From Cyanidioschyzon merolae (taxonomy: Eukaryota), in assembly GCA_000091205.1 (NCBI GenBank), contig AP006501.2: a stretch of DNA of 64,000 nt; one strand, 5' to 3'. Shown here piece after piece: positions 42,914-52,909 of the stretch. How positions within the stretch are numbered: position 1 is the stretch's first letter; each line of letters starts with the position of its first letter. The notes under the pieces were generated by a model. The model was not told the DNA's origin, searched no databases, and worked only from the letters and a program-made list of their open reading frames with translations. Both the position numbers and the translations under genes were made by a program.

Positions 42914-44127
42914 ATGGTTGCCACCGACAAAGCCCGAGGCGTTGTACAGGCGGTTTCAGGCCCCGTAGTGGTTGCTCGCGACTGCCCAGCGTCCATGTAC
43001 GAACTGGTTCGCGTCGGACACGAACGCATCGTCGGTGAAGTGATTCGGCTCGAGGGCTCCTCGGTTACGATACAGTGCTATGAAGCCACCGACGCTTTGG
43101 CGGTAGGGGATCCCGTCGAGCGGACTGGTATGCCGCTGACAGTGGAACTCGGTCCTGGTTTAATGTCGAGCATATTTGATGGGATATCGCGGCCTCTGGA
43201 GAAGATTGCCACCCTCTCGGGGAGCGTGTTCATTCCCAGGGGCGTCGATGTGCCCTCTCTGGACCGGGAACGTCAATGGTACTTCGAACCGGACCCAGCG
43301 CTCTCTGTTGGTAGACTCGTCACCGGTGGTGACTGGATCGGAAGCGTCCAGGAGACCCCGCTTATCTTGCACCGGATCATGGTACCTCCGGGTACAATGG
43401 GCACCGTCGAATGGATCGCACCCAGTGGTTGGTATACCATCACAGACACGGTGCTGAAAGTGAGTCACCAGGGTGTCAGCAAGGCGCTGTCTATGATGCA
43501 GCGGTGGCCTGTGCGACAACCGCGACCCATCGCGGAGAAACTCGTCGCGAATACACCGCTGATCACAGGGCAGCGCGTTTTGGATACCCTGTTCCCGTGT
43601 GTTCAGGGCGGTACCTGTGCTGTGCCGGGTGCTTTTGGTGTTGGAAAAACCGTTATTAGTCAGGCACTGTCCAAATACTCGAACTCGGATGGAATCGTCT
43701 ACGTGGGATGCGGTGAGCGCGGTAACGAAATGGCAGAGGTTTTACGTGATTTCCCTGAGCTAACCATGTCGCTCGCGGACGGCGAGCAAGTGTCCATCAT
43801 GAACCGGACCCTGCTGGTAGCCAATACGTCGAACATGCCGGTAGCGGCCCGCGAGGCATCCATCTACACCGGTATAACAATTGCCGAGTACTATCGGGAC
43901 ATGGGACATGATATGTCCATGATGGCGGACAGCACGAGCCGCTGGGCAGAGGCGCTCAGGGAAATCAGTGGACGCCTAGCGGAGATGCCAGCGGATTCGG
44001 GGTTTCCGGCGTACCTGGCGGCACGTCTGGCTTCCTTCTATGAGCGCGCTGGGCGCGTCAAGTGTTTGGGCTCCCCTGAACGCACTGGTTCGGTGACCGT
44101 AGTGGGAGCTGTCTCGCCTCCTGGGGG
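42914..44127 (+). CDS. ATP6V1A: V-type H+-ATPase catalytic subunit A, exon 1 (phase-2 boundary; joins exon 2 at 44373)
   Basis: [21 protein letters not shown]...[30 protein letters not shown], Walker [13 protein letters not shown]; ORF ends at a stop that lies inside a GTAAGT donor. Confidence 0.9.
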
Positions 44128-44372
44128 GTAAGTTTCTTCAACAAACAGGCATCGGGTATCTCCCGGTGGCGTGTATGCGATATGTCAGCCATCGGGTCGT
44201 CATTATTGGCGTTCGAGACGAGCGCTTGATGCCAGAGCAATCCGCCGTGGATTGTAGCGTGTCCCGGGCGGAGCGTCCGCAGCGGGGATCACCCGCTGCC
44301 CCAAATGCCGTCGGGGCGAAAGCCACCACGAGCAACATTCTTTATCAATGACAGAAACTAACCTGTGAATAG
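44128..44372 (+). other. ATP6V1A: Spliceosomal intron (245 nt) of the V-ATPase A gene
   Basis: GTAAGT at 44128-44133; CTAAC branch-point-like motif at ~44358; AG at 44371-44372; splicing restores ...VSPPGG/G/DFSDPVTTATL..., the conserved V-ATPase A sequence. Confidence 0.85.
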
Positions 44373-45009
44373 TGACTTTTCCGATCCTGTGACCACTGCG
44401 ACACTATCGACAGTTAGTGTGTTTTGGGGCCTCGACAAACGCCTGGCCAGCCGCAAGTTCTTCCCCGCAGTGAACACAAACATTTCGTGGAGCAAAAATA
44501 TTCAAGCGCTGGAACCATGGTACGATGCGCACTATCCGGAATTCCCATCGATTCGCCAGACCGTACGTCAGATTCTCCAAATGGAAGAGGATCTAAGCGA
44601 AATCGTCGCCCTCGTTGGCCGCGATGCCCTCGCCGAGAGCGACAAGGTCGTTCTCGCGGCAGCCACCATGATTCGGGAGGACTGCCTCCAACAGAACAGC
44701 TACACCTCCTACGACGCCTACTGCCCGTTCCTGAAAAGCATGCTCATGCTTCGAAATATCGTGCTGTGGTACGAGCTTGCCCAGAAGGCAGTCGCCGAAG
44801 TGGATCGCGACGCGGGCGCCACGAGCGCATCGAATCGTCTTACGTTTGCGGGGTTGCGCGATGTGCAAATGGACCTCCTTAATCGACTTTCGCGAATGAA
44901 ATTCCTTGAACCCAGCATGGGAGATGATGCGCTGCGTCGCCATTTAGACGCGCTGCGGGATGATATCGTCAAAAGCTTCCGCGAACGCGACTGGGCGCTG
45001 ACGGCATGA
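44373..45009 (+). CDS. ATP6V1A: V-type H+-ATPase catalytic subunit A, exon 2 (C-terminal 212 aa)
   Basis: DFSDPVTTATLSTVSVFWGLDKRLASRKFFPAVNTNISWSK... is colinear with the C-terminal third of V-ATPase A; ORF-track start at 44365 is a GTG inside the intron/acceptor. Confidence 0.9.
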
Positions 45010-45574
45010 CGCATCCTCGCCCTGCGACAGTGCAGCATCGTCGAGGCGCACAGCAAGCGGTCGACGTCCGCGAGACCAGGTCGCCAGCACGACACTAGGC
45101 CGCATTCAGTTCGCGAAAAGCGCGTCCACTCGAGGCAACCAGGGATACGCACGTTCATCGGAACGCGTCGATTGATCCAACGACGACGACGACGACACAA
45201 GCCGTGCATAAAGCGCTTTACCTTCAGTGACGACCTGACGAACCGTAGCTTTGACTTTCCGAAAATACTTGCAGCGTCCGAACCCAAGCTAGCAGCAAAC
45301 GAGAGAGATATCATCTTCGGGTGTTCTTGGATTGCAGCAGCTATCCGAGTTGTCCACAACACTGCACTGTGCACGCATGGCGATCACGCATCCGAGCGAC
45401 ACGTGTCCCGATGCGTGCGCGGATGCTTGTTCAATGACGGCAGCGTTGATCGTGGTGTTGATGGTGGCATATATTGCCAGTGCGTCCCTACAGAGCACAT
45501 GCTGCGCTCTCGCCAGAGCTATTGCCACCGACAAGAGTTTCTTGTCCAGAGGTATTCTTGGGGGAATGCGCATT

Positions 45575-48298
45575 TCAGGGATTAGGAGGTGCGTCGGGCT
45601 TATAGTCTTGCTCCATGGGTTCCGCGGTCTGTGCGGCAGTCTCGGTTGAGCCGGGTTCAGAGGCCGATGCTGTGTCCGCCTGTTCTGTGTTTGGCGACGA
45701 TGATGTCGAGGTTTTTGCCCCTGGGCCAGAGGCTGTGTTTGGGGCACTTCCCGATTCGCCTGCGGCGGTGCGGGACGGGACAGGTCGGTCGAGCAGCTGT
45801 CGTCCGCGCTGTACGAGCTCGTTTCGGCGCTTCTCAATGTCGGCTGCTTTGAGCGGCGGGTCCTTGTGCTTCGGGGCTTTCTCGACTTTGTGGAGCGCTC
45901 CCTCCAACCAGGCCATGGATGAAGCGATTTCCCGCTCCAGTTTCTGGATGTCCTCTACGGATATGTGCGGCTTTTCGGTGGCCGCTGAGGCGCATTCTGC
46001 CTGCAGTGATGCCGCCGCACGTCGGAACACGTGCGCCGCATCTGCAATGTTCTCGTATTCAAGGGCGCGCGCCTTGACAGCCGCCCCGTACCGCCGCTCC
46101 AGCATCTGCTGCCGTTCGATCAACGTCGATTTGGGTGCGGTTTCGGAGCCCTCCTCGGAGTAGATCCAATCCTCGGTTTCATCGAGTAAGCGGAGGAATG
46201 CGCTCTGAGATGCGTCATCCATGTAGATCGCCCACGGTCCATCGGTGGAAACGCGCGACCGCATATCGTACACGTAGGTTTCGAGTGCGTTGAGCGCTTC
46301 GGCGCGCTCCACGCGATACCGATCAGCCGCTTGCATTTGTTGCTCGATCTCGATGAGCGCATTCAGGGCGTAATGCTGGAGTCGAGTTCCTCGTAGTTGG
46401 CGAATCGGGAGCTCCGTGCGAATGACCTTGCGCGCAGGTGCGGTTCCTTGGCCATTCGCATGGGCGTCGGTGCCAGACCTTGCCGAGTCGTCCGCCGCAG
46501 CGCCATCGCTTGCTATCTCTTGGTCCATCCTTGTAGCAGCGGTATCTGGAGCCTCTCCTCCGTGCTGATTCGTGGCGCCAGCGTCCTGAGAAGCTTCTTG
46601 GGCTTCTGCTGCGGCACTCTCAGCAACAGACACTTCCTCTACGAGTTGCGCACCGACGATGCTGACCATGCCGTTGGCATCCAGACGCACTTTCACGTGA
46701 ACCCTTCCACAATTTGGGCTCTTGTTCGGTAAGACACCGATTTCAACCAGTGCGATGTCCCGGACACAGCCCTGAGGTAGCGAACATGCTCCTCCTTGTT
46801 GCTTAGCCGCACCCGCGTCATCGCCGTAGAACAGGCGGAGCTCGAAAGGCTGTCCAGTGTACGAGTACGTGACTCGCTTCAGCGATGGCATCGCGCTCTT
46901 CGGGGCAAATACCAATGTCTCTTTCGTGCCCGTCGCTCCAGATTTCGCGATGCAAATGGGGAAAACAGTAAAGTCAACCGCCTCATACTCGCGAACTCGA
47001 TACCCAGGTGCCAAAATGGCGGCTTGGAGCGCGCATCCCCGTGCAATGCACTCGTCAGTGTTCAGGGTTCTGCGCACAGTCAGGCCGGTTGTCTGTTCAA
47101 TCAGGCTCTGGATCAATGGAACTCGAGAACCTCCACCAATAAGCTCAATCGACTGAATCGCTTTCGGTTCAGGAGTGGAAGCGACCACTTGCTGCACAAC
47201 CCGGACAATGCGCTCAGCGAGCGGCCGCACCAGCGTTTCAAACTCAGCGCGTTGAATCATGGCCTCAACATCGATATCGTCCACGAAGCAGTCGAGGTTC
47301 AGGTGCGCTAGTGCGTTTGCTGAGAGAATTTTCTTCACTTTCTCGCATTGCTGACGAAGTCGTGCAATCGCTTTTTTGTGATTGCCAACCGAAATGCGAT
47401 ATCGTTCCGCAAACAGCTTCGCAAAGTGGTGAAAGAGCATCTCGTCGAAATCACGGCCCCCGAGATTCCGATCGAATGCGACTGCTCGGACTTCGAGTCG
47501 CGAGCGCCAGAATGCGACGCACGCTGCGGTCGTCTGGGAGTGGCCCACATCCGCAATGATAACCTGCACGGGCTCTTTGTCATTTTCCGGTAACTCAGTG
47601 GCCCGATACAGACCGTACGCAAGCGCAGCAGCCAGATGCTCATGCACCATTCGGAGGACGCGCACATCCGCGATCGCTGCTGCGTCCAAGAGCGCCGCTC
47701 TTTGGGCATCGGTGTACCATACCGGCACAGACAGCACAACATCCCTGGCCTGGATACCGTGGTTCGACGCTGCCACGATCTCGTTCAGTTTCTGCAGAAT
47801 CATTGCTGTAACGGACTCGACAGGCAGAACGTGCAGATCGCTGGCCTTGCCGTTGACGCTGTGTTTCGGAATGCGCGCACGCTCCTCTGGCGGAAGGTGC
47901 CACAGCTCCAAGGCGTCAGTGCCTAGCTGTTCAGCCGAGTAGTGGATCTGAACGGCTGCTCGCCGCACGCGGTAGTCTGTTGGCGCCTCCGCACTACCAC
48001 CTTGAGCATACTCTTCCGTAATAGAATAGAGCGCGCGCGCTGCCTCGATGTGCTGCACCTCATCCTCGAGCAAAGAGCGTCCCAGAATTCGTTTTGATTC
48101 AGTGATACTCCGTTGTACGTTCTGTAGGTAACGCGTCGCCGCTGCTTCGCCAACGTAACGCTCGTTTCCTCCACAAAAAGTAACCACAGCTGGCGTCTGC
48201 CGCTGCGTTACCTCGTTCGTGAGTACTTCGATACCCCCTCCCCTCGCCTGCGCGATCACGCAGTTCACGTTTCCGAGGTCGATACCCACGACCGACAT
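45575..48298 (-). CDS. Hsp110/Sse1-type Hsp70-superfamily nucleotide-exchange chaperone (cytosolic; no signal peptide), with extended acidic/low-complexity C-terminus
   Basis: MSVVGIDLGNVNCVIAQARGGGIEVLTNEVTQRQTPAVVTF... actin-like ATPase domain of the Hsp110 type; long substrate-binding/lid region; 907 aa. Confidence 0.85.
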   Translation of the reverse strand: MSVVGIDLGNVNCVIAQARGGGIEVLTNEVTQRQTPAVVTFCGGNERYVGEAAATRYLQNVQRSITESKRILGRSLLEDEVQHIEAARALYSITEEYAQGGSAEAPTDYRVRRAAVQIHYSAEQLGTDALELWHLPPEERARIPKHSVNGKASDLHVLPVESVTAMILQKLNEIVAASNHGIQARDVVLSVPVWYTDAQRAALLDAAAIADVRVLRMVHEHLAAALAYGLYRATELPENDKEPVQVIIADVGHSQTTAACVAFWRSRLEVRAVAFDRNLGGRDFDEMLFHHFAKLFAERYRISVGNHKKAIARLRQQCEKVKKILSANALAHLNLDCFVDDIDVEAMIQRAEFETLVRPLAERIVRVVQQVVASTPEPKAIQSIELIGGGSRVPLIQSLIEQTTGLTVRRTLNTDECIARGCALQAAILAPGYRVREYEAVDFTVFPICIAKSGATGTKETLVFAPKSAMPSLKRVTYSYTGQPFELRLFYGDDAGAAKQQGGACSLPQGCVRDIALVEIGVLPNKSPNCGRVHVKVRLDANGMVSIVGAQLVEEVSVAESAAAEAQEASQDAGATNQHGGEAPDTAATRMDQEIASDGAAADDSARSGTDAHANGQGTAPARKVIRTELPIRQLRGTRLQHYALNALIEIEQQMQAADRYRVERAEALNALETYVYDMRSRVSTDGPWAIYMDDASQSAFLRLLDETEDWIYSEEGSETAPKSTLIERQQMLERRYGAAVKARALEYENIADAAHVFRRAAASLQAECASAATEKPHISVEDIQKLEREIASSMAWLEGALHKVEKAPKHKDPPLKAADIEKRRNELVQRGRQLLDRPVPSRTAAGESGSAPNTASGPGAKTSTSSSPNTEQADTASASEPGSTETAAQTAEPMEQDYKPDAPPNP

Positions 48299-49969
48299 CG
48301 ACGAACAAGTTTTGCGCCCAGTGAGAAACCAAGTGCACGATTTTTGAGAAACGTGTTCACTTCAAACCAACCAGTCTATGCAACGAATGACAGCGGCCTT
48401 GGTGTATGCTGGCAGGCAAGCCGTCTGTGCGCGTTACGCCACGGACACGTTCAGACGCACCGCGAAGGCAATCGACGATGGCGACGCCGCCGCTTGATGT
48501 TGCAGGCACGCCACACATCGCGTCGGTGGGCATCGATCCGCCAATCGAAGCCGCTCGATGCGACGCGCAGCTTCGCGTTGCATCTGTCACGCGGCGCGCA
48601 CCTGCGGATCGCCTGTACACGATGAGGATCGTGCACCATGGAGTCGTAGCGATTTGCAGCCCGAGCGCGTAGAGTCGTTTTGGATGCGGCATGCACCTGG
48701 AGCGAAATCCCTTTAAGTAGCTGGGGAAGCGAGATCAACGGTTCGCTAGGCTGCTCCAATTTCTACTAATCTCTGAGCAGCTTCGTGCAGGAAAGGAGGC
48801 ACTGATGGACGCTGCGTGTATTCTGGGTGCTGAGCGTTCTATGGGCGCCTGCTGCGGCCTTGGAAGCGCCGCAGCTGCCGACGCGGATACCCACCGGGGA
48901 TAGAGCGGGATCGCGGAGTCGTAATCGACGTATTCTCGAAGACCAGCGCATTCGTCGATGACAATCATACGGGTGCGCGGAAATGCAATCGGGCGACGCG
49001 TGCGCTGACGTGCATTGCAGACTTGCCTGCGACCGTAGAGGCCATGGGGAGGCACAATCCAGAGTGTACTGGGAAAAAGCGCCCGTATGGAACTGCGCGT
49101 ATCCAGACAGCAAGCGCGGTGTGCCCTGAGGGATCCGGCTGAGCAGTGCGGGAGTCGCCAGCATCTGCACGCACGATCGCTCAACAGCTTCCGCACACGC
49201 CGCTCCAGAGCAACGTCGCAATCGACCCGATTCGCCCGCCGTCGGTAATCCGCAGCATTGCGATTCACCGTGTGCACGCAAAGCGCGTCGCGATGGACCT
49301 CACAGAGCTCGTACGTCGGGCTCCAGACGGCAGGCTTGATCACCTGATCGGCCAGTATTCAAGCAGTGTAGAAATCTTCCGAGGTATTCCTTTGGTCGCA
49401 TACATGATATGACACACGTAACGAATCGAGAACGCGCTTGCTTCGATGCAGGACAAGGATTACTCGTTTATGAAGAGGTGCGATCCCCAGACGCCATATG
49501 CATGCGTGTCCGCGTCTAGCCGGCAAATGCACGGATCATGCACCCGCGCGGATGCAATCACGCATGAACGCACCTTGATGGTGGTGCTTTAGTGGTGTAG
49601 ACTCGATCGTTGAATTTACGCTGGGATCCGCGTGTGTGCGACTCTTACGCGCATCAAGGCAGGCAAGCAGCTTTGTAAACCGGATTCTCGAAGTTCCACC
49701 ATCAACTCCAGAGGCTTCCGTACAGGGATCGTGATTCGTGCCAATGATTCCCCGGGTTCCGATCCCGCCGCGAGCGTCTGTTGCGGTGCCTCAGGCGGGC
49801 AGATGTAGGTGTCGTCATTCTCGCCACTGTGTATACTATGAGCGAAAGACGAGGTTTATGGTTGAGTGCGTTTCGTACGCTAACGAGCTATGCTGACGAG
49901 CTGACCGCACAGAAAAGAGTCACACGAGCCGCCCACGCGCAGAACTCGCCTTCGAAGAAAATACAGTGC

Positions 49970-51697
49970 CTATGCACAGAGCCGCTGCTCCAGCTTGTCC
50001 ATGGCTAGTCGACGGCCAATGGGCCATCGAGCGACCACTTCGATCTGGTCAATATCGGGCTCACCGGCTGCATCGCCAAGTCGGAGTAATCGTTCAACCC
50101 CTGCCCAGGCTACCATGACGCCGTTATCCGTGCAGTAACGGAGTGGTGGAAAGATAATCGCCTGCTTCAGATCGCATGCAGGCGCTCCTGGATCGGTGCT
50201 CCAGGCCGCCGTGCGCTCCACCTCTTCATCATGTAAACGCCATCCAATCTCAGATGCTAGCTGTTGGAACCGTGCCCGCAACACGGAATTCGCTGCAACG
50301 CCGCCCGAAACCAGGAGCGACTGTACATCGGGCTCGTGCGTTCGACACCACAAAAGCGCCCGCCGCGTCTTTTCAAACAGGTGCTCCAGTGCTACGCGTT
50401 GGAAACTCGCCGCAATGTCGGCAGCTGCCTGTCGATTCACTTGCAGCAGTGTTGCGGTTTCGTCCCTGGATCCGTAGCGCTCCAGTTCGCGCTCAATCGC
50501 TACACGAACCGCAGTCTTGAGGCCAGCGAAAGAAAAATTACAATCCGGACGCTTACGGAGCGGAATCGGGAAATCAAAAGCGTTTGGGTTCCCCTCACGC
50601 GCCAGCCGTTCTAGTGCGGGTCCACCGCCTCCACCAACGTCCAGACCCAACAAGCGTGCGATTTTGTCGAAAGCCTCTCCGACAGAGTCATCCAGCGTAC
50701 CGCCAAGGACTTCAAAATTCCCGAGGTCACGAGCCAGAAGCAACATGCAGTGACCGCCGCTGACTAGCAGAACCAGAAACGGGAACGAAGGCCGGTAGCC
50801 TCCGAAAAGACGTGGCACCAAGCAGTGCGACTCGAGATGATGTGTTGAGATAAATACAGGGCCAGGCGCGCTCGATGCCTCCTTGAGTCGGCCCAGAAGG
50901 CGTTGGGCAGCGCGGAACCCCACTCGAAGGCAGATCTCGAGACCGGGTCCCATGGTCACCGCGACTGCGTCCAAGCCGTTGGCGCTGCGAGCCCACACCT
51001 CGTTTTGTGAGCATGTAAAAGCCTCGCACAATACGCGCTCAATAAGTTCATCGATCACCTGCTCATGGGCTTGACGTGCCAGCCCCGGCACAACGCCCCC
51101 GTAACGAGCATGGATACTGTCCTGCTTCACGACCGCTTCGGATAGGATACATCCTTTGCTGTTCACAACAGCGACCGCTGTATCATCGCAGGAGGTCTCA
51201 ATGCCTAGTACGAGGTGCGGGCGCGCACCGCCGCCCGTGAGTCGCAGCACAGTCAACCGTTCATCGGTGACTGGGGCGGCGTCTGCGGGGAGTACCAGAG
51301 AGAGCCCGCGCTGGGACGGTAAAGGCATTTTTAAAAGCCGTTCTTTCTGTGTGTCCGTGAACCCTAACGGGGCACTCCCGGTAGTGGTCTGTTGTACACG
51401 CAACGCTTGCTCGCTGCGGTCAAACTCGCCATAGTCGGTGCCCTTCGGCTGCCCGACGCGGGATCTATCGTGCCGAAAAGATTCCGCGCCAGATGCCATT
51501 GAAACTAAGGTTCCGAGACTCCTCGATGGCGCGGGCGTACGCCAGTACGTTCCTGTGCTGTGATGAAAAGGTGCAGTCGGACTCGTAACCAATCGAGGAG
51601 AAACTGCTGTGCGCACAAAGCGCGAGTGCCCCCTACACGGCTGTAATAGGGCAAACGCAAACACACGCGACTCTGCCGGTTTCTCGAGAAAAGGCAT
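49970..51697 (-). CDS. tRNA N6-adenosine threonylcarbamoyltransferase, TsaD/Qri7/OSGEPL1 type (organellar), with long N-terminal extension
   Basis: GIETSCDDTAVAVV (TsaD/Qri7-type rather than Kae1-type), metal-binding HxxH region (HHLESHCL / VSGGHCMLL), VSGGVAANSVLRARF and FPPLRYCTDNGVMVAWAG C-terminal motifs. Confidence 0.85.
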   Translation of the reverse strand: MPFLEKPAESRVFAFALLQPCRGHSRFVRTAVSPRLVTSPTAPFHHSTGTYWRTPAPSRSLGTLVSMASGAESFRHDRSRVGQPKGTDYGEFDRSEQALRVQQTTTGSAPLGFTDTQKERLLKMPLPSQRGLSLVLPADAAPVTDERLTVLRLTGGGARPHLVLGIETSCDDTAVAVVNSKGCILSEAVVKQDSIHARYGGVVPGLARQAHEQVIDELIERVLCEAFTCSQNEVWARSANGLDAVAVTMGPGLEICLRVGFRAAQRLLGRLKEASSAPGPVFISTHHLESHCLVPRLFGGYRPSFPFLVLLVSGGHCMLLLARDLGNFEVLGGTLDDSVGEAFDKIARLLGLDVGGGGGPALERLAREGNPNAFDFPIPLRKRPDCNFSFAGLKTAVRVAIERELERYGSRDETATLLQVNRQAAADIAASFQRVALEHLFEKTRRALLWCRTHEPDVQSLLVSGGVAANSVLRARFQQLASEIGWRLHDEEVERTAAWSTDPGAPACDLKQAIIFPPLRYCTDNGVMVAWAGVERLLRLGDAAGEPDIDQIEVVARWPIGRRLAMDKLEQRLCA

Positions 51698-52437
51698 TCA
51701 GCCGCTCACTCAAGGTCGCTTGCAGAGTTCAAGCGTCTTAGTTCCCTGAGACGGTCGCTTTGCACTGAGAACACAGCGGCTAGCGCGTTCCGCGACAAGT
51801 GCCCAAAAGGAAACAGGTAGTAGAACGGCATCTGTGGGTCACGGCAGGCTAGCGACGCACGCATCGGTGCCGCTGCCGCTCTATTTTGTGGGTTCAGTGA
51901 GTCTGCAGTCGATTGGCAGTTAGACGGATGCCGCGACTGAATTAGGAATGATTAGATTATGTGTGCGAGCAAGAATAGCATAACGACGACATCAGGACTA
52001 GTGCTTGTCACCCTGTAGTTGGAGTCCTCGGTTCCAACAAGTCACCACAAGTGCATAGCGCGTGCGCTGTTGTGCTGATTAAACGGCACATCCGGTGGTA
52101 AAGCATTGGTAGAGGCGGATGCTGCCTTGCGAATGTCATCGTTAAGACCAAAGCGGTAAGATGGCAAGGCGTGCCTCGTGCATCATGAGGCTGTGCATCA
52201 GCGCATCCGCTGCTGTTGCTCAGTCACCGACGTGTCCGTATGAATGCTCGATGCATCGTGCGTAGCTTGCTCGAGCGAGCGCTTGAGTTACTATAAATGC
52301 AGGGAAGCGCTCCGTGCCTTGAGATGGGCGGCAGCTCATGTTTGCGTTTGGACGCGCTGCGGTTCTTAGCGACAGCATCAAACAAAATAGCGAGCGGTGG
52401 AGTCTGTTTCCCGCCAGTTCCCATTCCGTCGACACGA

Positions 52438-52625
52438 ATCTGTGCAGGCTCCATTGTCATCCGCGCAACACATAAACTGCACCTCGGGTAGCCAGTCAGG
52501 TATCCGCGTCGGCGGTCGATAGCGCATGTAGCTAACAAGCATCTGTGCAGGCTCCATTGTCATCCGCGCAACACATAAACTGCACCTCGGGTAGCCAGTC
52601 AGGTATCCACGTCGGCGTTCGATCG
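52438..52625. repeat. ~103-bp direct repeat, 2 copies
   Basis: ATCTGTGCAGGCTCCATTGTCATCCGCGCAACACATAAACTGCACCTCGGGTAGCCAGTCAGGTATCC... occurs at 52438 and again at 52541. Confidence 0.8.
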
Positions 52626-52909
52626 CGTCCAGAGGTGCTGCCTGTTCCACGCCTATACCCCAGCTGTCATACAGAGACAACGCCCAGCAGCAGCATACCG
52701 CAGATTCGCCAGCAGCTCGAGTGCTGCGCCACGTGGCTGGCGCTGCTGCGCGGAGAACGCGCCTGCGTCTCCAGAACGCTAGATCTTCGGCACCAATCGC
52801 TCCCAACAGGCGGCAGGGTATCGCTGGCACGTGTGGGGTTCCCCCCCAGAGCCAGTTACTTGTCCGTACGCAGTCAGTTGTCGCGATCGACGAAAACAGT
52901 GACGTGTCG

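Noticed and set aside
44365-44372. ORF-track start (M) of the second V-ATPase A ORF at 44365
   Set aside because: The codon is GTG within the intron/acceptor region; the track evidently allows alternative starts (also GTG at 52721, TTG at 62751), so these are not real initiation sites
45178-45195. (GAC)n run 'gacgacgacgacgac' as a possible coding poly-Asp microsatellite
   Set aside because: Lies in the intergenic region between V-ATPase A and Hsp110, not in a supported ORF; too short to be remarkable
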